Below, piece after piece: positions 20,374 through 29,312 of a DNA stretch of 64,000 nucleotides (position 1 is the stretch's first letter; every line of letters begins with the position of its first letter). Position numbers and translations under genes: made by a program. This stretch comes from a virus (taxonomy: Duplodnaviria > Caudoviricetes). Below the pieces are notes generated by a model that searched no databases, was not told the DNA's origin, and saw only the letters and a program-made list of their open reading frames with translations. The stretch spans positions 20,231-84,230 of the IMG/VR virus record IMGVR_UViG_3300031963_000068; one strand, written 5' to 3'.

Positions 20374-21528
20374 ATGTTAAAGAAATTTTCAAGTTTTTTA
20401 AGAGAAGAGCTATATATCGAAGATATGGATAAAAACTCAGTAAATACTCTGAAAGAAAACATACTTTTCAGACTGAATGAATATAGAACTTTTATTCTCT
20501 CAAATATAATCTACAATTTTGAAACAAATAAAGTTGAATATAAAAATTTTGACCATATAGATATCAAAATTATTATGAGAGAACTAACAAATGAGTTTAC
20601 ACAAGAAGTTGTTGAGGAGTTGAATATAGAATCGTTTTTAAGAAAATTAAACCAAATTCTTGAATTAAAGAAAAGAAACACAAAAAGAAAAATAAGAGAA
20701 GCTTTTGATGATTATTACAAATCTATTGAAGTTAGAATCGACCAATTACATCAAATGGGTAAAACAGAAGACCACTTTGATGAATTTGAAGGAGAAGGTT
20801 CTATATTAGGCAGAAGACAATATGAATCTGAAAAGTATCAATTACAAGTAGAACTACTTAAACTTCAAGAATGGGTAAAAACAAATGGAAAAAAAGTTGC
20901 AATAGTTTTTGAAGGAAGAGATGCCGCAGGTAAAGGTTCCACTATAAAAAGATTCATAGAATACTTAGACCCTAAAGGATTCAAAGTAGTTGCTTTAGGC
21001 GTTCCTACTGAGCAAGAAAAAAACAATTGGTTTCAAAGATATGAAAATCACTTACCAAATACAGGGGAAATAGTTTTCTTTGATAGAAGTTGGTATAATA
21101 GAGCAGTAGTTGAACCAGCAATGGGATATTGTACAGAAGAACAATATCAAGATTTTATGGATAAAGTAGTTGATTGGGAAGAAAAGCAAATAAGAAATGG
21201 ACTAATACTTATTAAATTTTGGTTTTCAATTACTCAAGACAAACAAATTAAAAGATTTGAATTGAGACAAAAATCACCATTGAAATATTGGAAGTTTTCA
21301 CCAAATGATGCTAAAGTCTTAGATAAATGGGATGTTATTGGTAATTTTAAAAGACAAATGTTCCAACAAACATCTTCTAGACTATCACCTTGGGTTATAA
21401 TTAATTCAAATGATAAAAAAATAGGTAGATTGAATGCTATAAGATATGTATTATCTCAAATCAATTATGAAAATAAAAACAACGAATTATGTAAATATTA
21501 TCCAGAAGTTGTAAATATTCTGATATAA
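20374..21528 (+). CDS. ppk2: Polyphosphate kinase 2 with N-terminal extension
   Basis: LQVELLKLQEWV, FEGRDAAGKG (Walker A), FFDRSWYNRA (Walker B), PLKYWKFSPND, PWVIINSNDKK.GRLN. Confidence 0.95.
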   Translation: MLKKFSSFLREELYIEDMDKNSVNTLKENILFRLNEYRTFILSNIIYNFETNKVEYKNFDHIDIKIIMRELTNEFTQEVVEELNIESFLRKLNQILELKKRNTKRKIREAFDDYYKSIEVRIDQLHQMGKTEDHFDEFEGEGSILGRRQYESEKYQLQVELLKLQEWVKTNGKKVAIVFEGRDAAGKGSTIKRFIEYLDPKGFKVVALGVPTEQEKNNWFQRYENHLPNTGEIVFFDRSWYNRAVVEPAMGYCTEEQYQDFMDKVVDWEEKQIRNGLILIKFWFSITQDKQIKRFELRQKSPLKYWKFSPNDAKVLDKWDVIGNFKRQMFQQTSSRLSPWVIINSNDKKIGRLNAIRYVLSQINYENKNNELCKYYPEVVNILI

Positions 21529-21558
21529 AAAAATTTAATATAAAAAAGAAAAAATATT

Positions 21559-22323
21559 ATGAATTCAATAAAAAAATTCGAAAACTATATGTCAAGAGAA
21601 GAAATGTGTAATATGCTATGTAATATTGGACATGAAATGAGCGATTTAGAAAATTGCTCAACACAAGAACTTGAACAAATGTGTAAAAACGCTGAAAATT
21701 CAAATTCATATAATTCCATTACACAGGAAAAAAAGAACGAAAAATGGATAAAAGACGCCATTAAAAAACCAGGTTCTTTAAGAAAATCTATGGGTAAAAA
21801 AGAAGGTGAAAAAATATCTAAAACTGAAATTGACTCCGAACTTCAAGCACTTAGAGGAAAAGATAAAGATAAATCTAAAAAAGGAGTTCAAGGTTTATCT
21901 AAAAATGATTTAGCAAAATATAGAAAATTAAATTTAGCAAAAACACTTAAAGGATTGAAAGAAAACCAAGGAACTCAAAACTATATGTTTTTTGGAAACC
22001 TTAAAACAATCAAAAGATTGGTAGATAAGATGTTAGAAATGGATGAGGCAGAAGTTGACTCTATGCTTACAAACGGGCACAACTGGGCATTAGACCACAT
22101 CGCAACATCTAAAGATGATGTAGAAGAAGTATTTAACTTTTTAGCTGGACACGATGAACCAGAATCAAATCACGAAGATGAATTGATAGGTGGTCCAGGT
22201 GCTAAATATCCAACACATATTCACAAAGATGAACCATCACATGAAGAAACAGAAGGAAGTTTAGCTAATAAAGATTTAGAAGATGAAATGAAAAATTTGA
22301 AAAGTTTTGGAAATTTCAAATAA
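21559..22323 (+). CDS. Putative internal head protein (modular, basic plus acidic)
   Basis: N-term MNSIKKFENY, C-term MKNLKSFGNFK; basic KWIKDAIKKPGSLRKSMG...LAKTLK module and YMFFGNL...GHNWALDHI module. Confidence 0.55.
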   Translation: MNSIKKFENYMSREEMCNMLCNIGHEMSDLENCSTQELEQMCKNAENSNSYNSITQEKKNEKWIKDAIKKPGSLRKSMGKKEGEKISKTEIDSELQALRGKDKDKSKKGVQGLSKNDLAKYRKLNLAKTLKGLKENQGTQNYMFFGNLKTIKRLVDKMLEMDEAEVDSMLTNGHNWALDHIATSKDDVEEVFNFLAGHDEPESNHEDELIGGPGAKYPTHIHKDEPSHEETEGSLANKDLEDEMKNLKSFGNFK

Positions 22324-22352
22324 AAAAAACCCAGTCGTTTGACTGGGTTTTC
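22324..22352. terminator. Bidirectional intrinsic terminator
   Basis: AAAACCCAGTC-GTTT-GACTGGGTTTT between convergent genes. Confidence 0.85.
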
Positions 22353-22356
22353 TATT

Positions 22357-23091
22357 TTATAATAAATCCTTTTCATCTAAAAGAGTATATGTAAATTTAT
22401 TCTTAGTTATCGTCTTAAACTTTTCACAAACATTCATAACTTCTTCTTTATGAGACCAATTTGAAAATACTTGACAACCAGCAGACCATTTTCCAATCTT
22501 TGCAGAAGACCCAGCCTTATTTGATCCATGAATATTAATACCAAATAAACCAGTCTCAACTTTTGACTCATTCAATTGATAGTTATTATCTTTGTTAGAG
22601 TCTCTATAAACAGTCACTTTACCAGTTTGAACTAATGCTCTGTGGTCTGTTTTTTGTTGATGAAATCCTAATGACCAACAATCTACCCACTGATTTGGTT
22701 TTAAGATTGCAGTTCCTAATTTACTCATAGGATTATTTAACCAATAAACACCTGGGTTTGTTGTGTTCGGAAAAATTTTAATAACTTCTTGGCCAGCCAC
22801 TAAGTTATATTGTTCTAATGCAAAAGTAGTATTTTTACCAGCAACGCCATCTTCAGCCAAAGGCTTACCATTAGCACCTTTAAATCCATAGGAATTCAAA
22901 AATTGTTGTTGACCTTTTAAATCTAAATTTTTTGGCATTTGAGGTATTTGATAAACTAAACAGAAAAAATCATTAAACGCATCTGGAACATCTAACGTTG
23001 CTCTGACGCCTATTAAATTTGGTCTATCGGTGTACCATTTGTAGCCCTTCTTTGAAAGTGCTGATTTTAATAAATCGATTGTTATATTCAT
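22357..23091 (-). CDS. Putative endolysin: L,D-transpeptidase-like (YkuD-like) catalytic motif with inserted peptidoglycan-binding domain
   Basis: GINIHG...WSAGCQV (H-x13-S-x-G-C); insert QQFLNSYGF...LAEDGVAGKNTTFAL (PG_binding_1-like); start revised to MNITID 23091. Confidence 0.65.
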   Translation of the reverse strand: MNITIDLLKSALSKKGYKWYTDRPNLIGVRATLDVPDAFNDFFCLVYQIPQMPKNLDLKGQQQFLNSYGFKGANGKPLAEDGVAGKNTTFALEQYNLVAGQEVIKIFPNTTNPGVYWLNNPMSKLGTAILKPNQWVDCWSLGFHQQKTDHRALVQTGKVTVYRDSNKDNNYQLNESKVETGLFGINIHGSNKAGSSAKIGKWSAGCQVFSNWSHKEEVMNVCEKFKTITKNKFTYTLLDEKDLL

Positions 23092-23195
23092 AATAATAGT
23101 TCTTTTTTTTGTATATATCAAAACAAAAACATAAACTTTTACTAAAATTTAAATGAGAATCATAGTATTCTTAATAAATAAAGTAGTTTCAACAA

Positions 23196-23618
23196 ATGAA
23201 CAAAATTGACAAATTTTTAGAATTTTTTATAGAAAACTTAGACGACAAAAGAATATCTGTTTCAAAAAAAATGAAATACGGTCATAGATATTACTATATA
23301 AATTTCATGGTAGATGAAGATCCAACAATTCAAAATAATCAACACAGCATCTATCAATATAGAGATAATATGGAAATAATATTTGATAATAGAAATGGTT
23401 GTATCGAGATTTACGGAGGCGATGAAAATAATACATTAATAGTAGAGGATAAAACACTACTTGAAAAATGGTCAACTATTTTAGAAAAGATTGTAAATAC
23501 AGACTTAGAAAACAGAGTAATTAATATTTTTGAAAAGACTCTAAATGAGTGCTATAATAAAAATCTCTACAGAGAATTACAGATGAAAAAATTATTTAAA
23601 GAAGATGAATCCCTATAA
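23196..23618 (+). CDS. Hypothetical protein
   Basis: 140 aa, overlaps uvsY start; C-terminal YRELQMKKLF. Confidence 0.6.
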   Translation: MNKIDKFLEFFIENLDDKRISVSKKMKYGHRYYYINFMVDEDPTIQNNQHSIYQYRDNMEIIFDNRNGCIEIYGGDENNTLIVEDKTLLEKWSTILEKIVNTDLENRVINIFEKTLNECYNKNLYRELQMKKLFKEDESL

Positions 23619-24099
23619 TCAAGACGAAATTGATAGAATTAATAAATCAAAAGACACTAATGACAAATTAGAGGAATTTTTTAACGATAAAAGAGCAGAG
23701 TGGAATAAAAATGTTGAACCATTATTCAAAATAATTAGAGTTGATTTGACTAATCCTTCATCCGCTAAAGATATAATGGAAGCACAATCTATGGCTCTTT
23801 CGTATAGACAAGCAATCAGTGAACAAATAAATTTCTTTTTAAATAAACGAAGCAAAGAAACAACCAAAATTAAGAAACTTAGACAGGACAAGTTTATTTT
23901 TTACGCAACAGGATTTGGAGTTAAAACAAACTTAGGAGAAAAAGGAATTTTAATTGATGGACATCTAGCTGAAAATGACAGAAGTCTTGAACTTATCGAA
24001 TCTTATATTGAATTCTTAAGAGATACTACTAAAAATTTAGAAAGTTTGAGTTATTCAATTAAGAATATGATAGAATTAATGAATTATTTGGGTCGTTAA
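23605..24099 (+). CDS. uvsY: UvsY-like recombination mediator
   Basis: Helical protein; KFIFYATG...ILIDGHL...IEFLRDTTKNLESLSYSIKNMIE resembles the T4 UvsY C-terminal pattern. Confidence 0.6.
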   Translation: MNPYNQDEIDRINKSKDTNDKLEEFFNDKRAEWNKNVEPLFKIIRVDLTNPSSAKDIMEAQSMALSYRQAISEQINFFLNKRSKETTKIKKLRQDKFIFYATGFGVKTNLGEKGILIDGHLAENDRSLELIESYIEFLRDTTKNLESLSYSIKNMIELMNYLGR

Positions 24100-25214
24100 T
24101 CAACCTTTTTATTCCATTTGGTTTCGATACCCATATTTTTAAGAGTTTGATGACCAGATGAACAATCCATACATAATTGTTTATCACCATCATAGTTAGT
24201 TATTATAATATCACCTTCACAATCTTCACACCTCTCTCTATCACCATAAACACTATGTAAGTAATAGCACTTTTTGTCTGAAAGATTTGATAGACTATCC
24301 TTATCTTTACTAAGATAACACATTGTATCTATATAAGGATAGTTTCTAAAATCACCGTTAAGGTTTAACTTAACTTCACCAGCAACTTCTGTTCCTTTAT
24401 AAATAAAAATAACACTATCACTATCATGTGAAGCGGTTTTCTTTTTATAAAACCACCCTTCAGTATCAGCAAATTGTTTAAACCTATTTATATCCGAATC
24501 ACGGTTAGTATATACTCTGTCCATAAAATATCTAGACTCACAAGGTGATTTCTTTACTTTCCAAACTAAAGCTCTTCCGTGAATCTTATCATCTCCATCC
24601 ACATAAATAAGTAACTTAACTTTAGTCGGATTCTCAGTGTATATCTTAAATATTTTACTACTCTCTTCTCTCATACAAGATGAACCCAAAGTTCCTGATT
24701 TACTATGATATTTACTCTCATCATAGTATTTTGAAATATCTTCACCGTAGACCAATTTAAACTGAATTGTTGGAATCTCAGTAGAGGCTATCCAAGCATT
24801 TACAAAAGACTCTCTATCAGAATCAGTAACTGAAATATTTCTTAAAGAGCAAATATAATTAACGATTTTTCCAATTTTTACTTCAGATCTACCAGGCATT
24901 GTGAAAGGGAGTTCCGGATTATCATATACATCATCCATTACTGTTTTAACCTTTGATTGATTAACAAATCCAACCATGTCTTCTTTATCAACTAAATCAA
25001 AATAATTTTGTTTTATTTTACTATCAGCAAACCATTGTTGACTCTCAATAACATCTAAAATATGCTCAGCAATTTGACCAACCATTCCGGGTTGTTTCAC
25101 CAATGACTTCATCTTCATAATAAAATCAGTAGTTGCATAAATGTGACCTTCAAGCAATGAAAAGATTTCAAACTTTAATCTTTCTAATATAAAACCATCG
25201 TATTTTGTTATCAT
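24096..25214 (-). CDS. Conserved phage protein (SCMR / GRALVW / MDRVY / YPYID motifs) with capsid-targeting-like N-terminus
   Basis: MITKYDGFILE; GTLGSSCMR, IHGRALVW, YFMDRVY, YPYIDT; C-terminal CEDC...CMDC. Confidence 0.6.
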   Translation of the reverse strand: MITKYDGFILERLKFEIFSLLEGHIYATTDFIMKMKSLVKQPGMVGQIAEHILDVIESQQWFADSKIKQNYFDLVDKEDMVGFVNQSKVKTVMDDVYDNPELPFTMPGRSEVKIGKIVNYICSLRNISVTDSDRESFVNAWIASTEIPTIQFKLVYGEDISKYYDESKYHSKSGTLGSSCMREESSKIFKIYTENPTKVKLLIYVDGDDKIHGRALVWKVKKSPCESRYFMDRVYTNRDSDINRFKQFADTEGWFYKKKTASHDSDSVIFIYKGTEVAGEVKLNLNGDFRNYPYIDTMCYLSKDKDSLSNLSDKKCYYLHSVYGDRERCEDCEGDIIITNYDGDKQLCMDCSSGHQTLKNMGIETKWNKKVD

Positions 25215-25220
25215 ATAATC

Positions 25221-25232
25221 GTATATATTAAT
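25221..25232 (-). promoter_or_regulatory. Putative late promoter TTAATATATAC
   Basis: 7 nt before ATG 25214. Confidence 0.55.
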
Positions 25233-25241
25233 TTTACAATT

Positions 25242-25595
25242 ATGAAATTTAAATTAACTGAAGACTGGATTCATGAGTACTCATTTTTAGATAGAAAAAT
25301 GACAAAAAAAATTTATGACAAAGGTCATGTTTTTGAACCGATAGATGGTAAATATGAAATTATTCATCATACCGGTGAGATATTTAATTTAGATGAAGAA
25401 CAGATGAAATCTTTTGATATCTTAGAAGAAGTAAAGGAAATATCAGATGATTTTGAAATTATAATTGAAGAGATTCCAGAAGATGATGATATCTTAGTTA
25501 GAAACTGGAGGATTCAATTAGATGTAAAAACAACTCGTAAAAAACTAAAAGAAGTTCAGAAGATTATAGAAGAATATGTAAAACCTATTCTTTAA
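25242..25595 (+). CDS. Hypothetical protein
   Basis: 117 aa ORF with normal composition. Confidence 0.6.
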   Translation: MKFKLTEDWIHEYSFLDRKMTKKIYDKGHVFEPIDGKYEIIHHTGEIFNLDEEQMKSFDILEEVKEISDDFEIIIEEIPEDDDILVRNWRIQLDVKTTRKKLKEVQKIIEEYVKPIL

Positions 25596-25896
25596 TTTTA
25601 TCCATAGCTTCTTCCAATTCTTGAATCCTCTTGAATATTTTTTCTTTAAAAACATGAGGATCCACTGTTAGCTTAACAAGTTTTGAACGATACCAGTCAC
25701 CAGAAGGTATTGTATTCATTCTAAAAATAGCATCTTTGTATTGATAAAAATCATCATATAGATGAAGTTCTTTTATCTTTTTATTATTTCCATAATAATC
25801 CATATTAAAACTACACTCACTTGTTTTGTATGCCTCTTCAAAATCATTTATGATTTCTTGTTCTTTTGATTCATTAAACTTTTGTAAGTGTTTCAC
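25585..25896 (-). CDS. Putative internal head protein
   Basis: GTG start overlapping upstream stop; N-term MKHLQKFNES. Confidence 0.55.
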   Translation of the reverse strand: MKHLQKFNESKEQEIINDFEEAYKTSECSFNMDYYGNNKKIKELHLYDDFYQYKDAIFRMNTIPSGDWYRSKLVKLTVDPHVFKEKIFKRIQELEEAMDKIKE

Positions 25897-26594
25897 TATT
25901 TCTTTTTCTTTTTTCTTGCCTTAGCCGCCTTAGCTTTAGTCCATAAAGCAGCATCTGCTTTTCTAGCACCACCAGCACCAGTGATAAATGAATTTACTCT
26001 ACCCATTCCCCATTGATGTTGAGCAACACCTGGTCTATGACCAGCGTTCCAAGCTTGCATACCTTTAGCAAAAACTTTTCTTAAAATACCTACTGGAATT
26101 CCCGAAGCCTTTGATTTCTTTTTAAGAGAAGCAGTAACTCCAGATTTTTTTGATTCATCAAGTTCTTCTAATTCATCAGAAGATACTCCATGTTTATTTA
26201 TAGTATCAATGATTTGTTTAACAACATAAATTTCCAAATCTAACTCAATTGAAATTTGTTCATCAGTAAGACCCATATCTAAAAGTTCTCTTACATCTTC
26301 CATATCAGCATGTGTAAAATCTTCAAATGTATAAGATTCTTCATAGTAATCACCTTCTTCCTCTTCTCTTGCATGATAAGGCCCTCCTATCCAATTTTCA
26401 CCACCGGTTGTTTCTCTATCTAACTCATCAATCCAATCTTCGGTTTCTAATGAGTGAAATAATTCTTCTAATTCATCATCTGTCATTGCTTCTAACTCTT
26501 CTCTTTCAAAAGTCGAAGTAGTAGTTAATGTTTCAATCATCTCTTCTCTATTAGATGGTTCTCTAAAACTTTCGTATGTTTTTAAGTATTTCAT
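25896..26594 (-). CDS. Putative internal head protein with DUF5824-like C-terminal domain
   Basis: MKYLKTYESFRE; acidic middle; SGIPVGILRKVFAKGMQAWNAGHRPG...WGMGRVNSF. Confidence 0.65.
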   Translation of the reverse strand: MKYLKTYESFREPSNREEMIETLTTTSTFEREELEAMTDDELEELFHSLETEDWIDELDRETTGGENWIGGPYHAREEEEGDYYEESYTFEDFTHADMEDVRELLDMGLTDEQISIELDLEIYVVKQIIDTINKHGVSSDELEELDESKKSGVTASLKKKSKASGIPVGILRKVFAKGMQAWNAGHRPGVAQHQWGMGRVNSFITGAGGARKADAALWTKAKAAKARKKKKK

Positions 26595-26608
26595 ATTTTC
26601 AATTATTT

Positions 26609-27517
26609 TTATTTATCACCAAACATTCTTTGATAAGCTTTTGTAGCAGCTGATTTTTTTGTTTTAATTCTCTTACCACTTCTTTTATCGTAGTCTGCTT
26701 CCCAATCTTTTTTATACTCCTTTTTTCCTCTAAAAGTGTCAATTTCTTTTTTCATAGCACCCTTTTTACGAGTTAAATATTTAGCAGGTATATGTTTTCC
26801 TTTATATTTTTCACCACGAGTTTTTGCTTTTTCTAACAACTCAAAACCAACAATTTTAGAGAAATGCTCTAAAATTTTATAAATTGCGCTCATCAAATTA
26901 GTGGGTTCAATATCATAATCATATTTTAAATCATCACCAAATAATATAATCTTTTCTATTATAGACTCATAACCTGTAAATTGAGAAAATAAAAATAACT
27001 CTATCAAAAATTCTACTAATTTTGGGTGATATTCTGATAATAATCTTTTCAATGTATTTGATTTTGTAACTAAATCTTCTTCAAAAAACTTTGAAAAGAA
27101 TAGTTGACATTTTTTGATACTTGATAAAACCGGTTCTAAATCTTGTTCTGATATTGATGAGTCCCATTGACCTAAATAATAACTTTCGTTTATACCCAAG
27201 ACCATATAAATATCTTTCTCTATAATATCTAAACCCTCGTCTATTGATTCAACATCCTTTGTGAAATCTGTCTGATTATCAACATATTTTGCAACGAATA
27301 GAGAGTCAATATCAAACTCATACTTTATAGATAAATCATTGAACGTAAAATTAATTACCAATTCATGGTCTTCTTTATTTTGCCACTCATACATTATATT
27401 TTGAGTATTGACTGATACATTATCAATAAGGTCTTTTAATTCGGACATTTTTGCATCAATTAAATTATCAGAATTTTCTATAAATTCTCTTATAAACTCG
27501 TTAAACTTTTTTATCAT
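26609..27517 (-). CDS. Putative internal head protein with basic C-terminal module
   Basis: ATG 27517, MIKKFNEFIRE; internal INES; C-term IPAKYL...KTKKSAATKAYQRMFGDK. Confidence 0.6.
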   Translation of the reverse strand: MIKKFNEFIREFIENSDNLIDAKMSELKDLIDNVSVNTQNIMYEWQNKEDHELVINFTFNDLSIKYEFDIDSLFVAKYVDNQTDFTKDVESIDEGLDIIEKDIYMVLGINESYYLGQWDSSISEQDLEPVLSSIKKCQLFFSKFFEEDLVTKSNTLKRLLSEYHPKLVEFLIELFLFSQFTGYESIIEKIILFGDDLKYDYDIEPTNLMSAIYKILEHFSKIVGFELLEKAKTRGEKYKGKHIPAKYLTRKKGAMKKEIDTFRGKKEYKKDWEADYDKRSGKRIKTKKSAATKAYQRMFGDK

Positions 27518-27571
27518 CAATTATATATTAATTTCTAAGTAGAATATATATTAACTTTTAATAAACAAAAT

Positions 27572-27599
27572 AAACATTTTGAATATACCATGTAAATAA
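27572..27599 (+). promoter_or_regulatory. Putative non-late promoter AAAC-N16-GTAAATAA
   Basis: Same spacing as copies at 29282, 38237, 39997 and 62350. Confidence 0.45.
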
Positions 27600-27607
27600 C
27601 TAAGTGC

Positions 27608-28390
27608 ATGTCTCATAAAATTAAGTTTAACATCAAAAAAGAAAGTTTTTCAGATTTTATAGAAAAATTGTCAGATCTAACACATATAGACGATACTATA
27701 AAACTCAAAATTGATAATGAACACATACTAATGTATTCTGTTCTTGGTGGTAATGTTATGCTTGCTTTCAAAAACTACCTAATAAAAACAAAAGAAATTT
27801 TAGAAAGCAAAGAAGAAATAGAATATGACTATGATATAATTTTAGCTAATTCAAAAAAATTAGTAAAAAATCTCAATTTCATTAAAGACTCTGAAAAAAT
27901 AACAATCGAATTTAATTGTAAACAATCACCAGATGATGAGTCAGTAATGAATGCTAGATCTATACAAGTAGTTGGTGGCAAACTAAAGGTAAATTGGCTA
28001 GCTGGTGAAAGATATGAAATGAAAGACATAAATAAAAAGGTTCTAAACCAAAGGCTTGATTTAAAAAATAGAAAATGGTGTTTTGCATTGACTAATCAAG
28101 AATTTACTGACGTAAAAAAATTATCATCTATAAATTCTGATAAAATTATTAACATAAATGTAAATTCTGGAAATGTTGTTTTATCTGAAAATGCCGCCTG
28201 GGAATTAGAAATTGGTAACATAGAAGATAGAAACGCTAGTTTAATTCTTAACAAAAGATTTTTAAATTGTATAAACGCCGAAAGAGAAACAATTGAGTTT
28301 AGTATGTTTGATACATTCATTTTAATAAAAGACGAAGAAACAAATTTGATGCTATCATATGAACAAGATTTTTCTGACGATGATGTATAA
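27608..28390 (+). CDS. Sliding clamp (gp45/PCNA-like), putative
   Basis: 260 aa acidic protein; FIEKLSDLTHIDDTIKLKIDNEHILMYS matches the clamp-fold start; two-domain alternation; upstream of polymerase. Confidence 0.55.
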   Translation: MSHKIKFNIKKESFSDFIEKLSDLTHIDDTIKLKIDNEHILMYSVLGGNVMLAFKNYLIKTKEILESKEEIEYDYDIILANSKKLVKNLNFIKDSEKITIEFNCKQSPDDESVMNARSIQVVGGKLKVNWLAGERYEMKDINKKVLNQRLDLKNRKWCFALTNQEFTDVKKLSSINSDKIININVNSGNVVLSENAAWELEIGNIEDRNASLILNKRFLNCINAERETIEFSMFDTFILIKDEETNLMLSYEQDFSDDDV

Positions 28391-28404
28391 TAATTAATAA
28401 TAAA

Positions 28405-28758
28405 ATGTTTACTAGAGAAAGTGTAAAATTAATAAAGCTAAAGAGAAGATTAATCTTTTCTTATTTCATAATATTGATATTATCAGTTTGGATTAAAAAC
28501 AAATTTGATGATTTAAAATTTCAAGAAGATGAAAATTCAATATTAATGATGGATTTATTAGAAAAAGATAAAGAAATTAAGAAATTAAAAAATGAACTAA
28601 CCAATTGCGATAGTGCTAAAATTCTTGTTCATAAACCCCAAATAAAGAAAAAAATAATAAATAAAGAAAAAGTTGAAAATTTAGAACAAAAAGTTGATTC
28701 ATCAAAATCAATTCAAATTGAAATAGAATCAAAGGATACTCTAAAAATTAATAACTAG
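28405..28758 (+). CDS. Membrane-anchored coiled-coil protein
   Basis: N-terminal TM (LIFSYFIILILSVWI), then coiled coil. Confidence 0.55.
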   Translation: MFTRESVKLIKLKRRLIFSYFIILILSVWIKNKFDDLKFQEDENSILMMDLLEKDKEIKKLKNELTNCDSAKILVHKPQIKKKIINKEKVENLEQKVDSSKSIQIEIESKDTLKINN

Positions 28759-29283
28759 ATGAGAAAAAGACCAGAAATAAAAAGAAAACACAAAATTAAC
28801 GAAGAGATAAAATCTTTTGAAGTAAGAATTGTTGGTGATGGTGAACCAAAAGTTATCAAAACAAGTTTAGCAATCAAAATTGCTCAAGACCAAGAAAAAG
28901 ATTTAATTCTAATTAATGAAAGTCAAAATCCACCAATAGTAAGAATTGAAGATTATAATAGATTTCTATATCATCAAGAAAAAATTGAGAAAGAAAAGAA
29001 GAAAAATTCTAATCAATCTCAATTAAAGGAAATACAACTTTCTACAGAAATATCCGACCATGATTTACAAATTAAAGCTAAGAAAGCAAATGAATTTTTA
29101 AAAGATGGAGATAAAGTTAAATGTGTAATACTTTTAAAAGGTCGACAAAAAGCAAATCCTGAAAGAGGACAAATCACTATGTTAAAATTTGCATCATTAG
29201 TTGAAGAGTTAGGTGTTCCTGAAAGTCTACCAAAGCTTGAATCGTCTAAGTGGCTAATGATGGTAAAACCAAAAAAGAAATAA
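28759..29283 (+). CDS. infC: Translation initiation factor IF-3
   Basis: INEEIKSFEVRIV...DLILI...NPPIVRIEDY.RFLY; LKEIQL...ISDHDLQIKAKKA.EFLKDGDKVK...GRQ. Confidence 0.93.
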   Translation: MRKRPEIKRKHKINEEIKSFEVRIVGDGEPKVIKTSLAIKIAQDQEKDLILINESQNPPIVRIEDYNRFLYHQEKIEKEKKKNSNQSQLKEIQLSTEISDHDLQIKAKKANEFLKDGDKVKCVILLKGRQKANPERGQITMLKFASLVEELGVPESLPKLESSKWLMMVKPKKK

Positions 29284-29309
29284 ACTTTTAATTTATAGTT
29301 CATAAAATA
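29282..29309 (+). promoter_or_regulatory. Putative non-late promoter AAAC-N16-ATAAAATA
   Basis: 3 nt before polymerase ATG; recurrent spacing. Confidence 0.5.
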
Positions 29310-29312
29310 TCT

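Noticed and set aside
23153-23209. 18-codon upstream ORF (MRIIVFLINKVVSTNEQN) overlapping 23196
   Set aside because: Too short, no independent support; expected by chance
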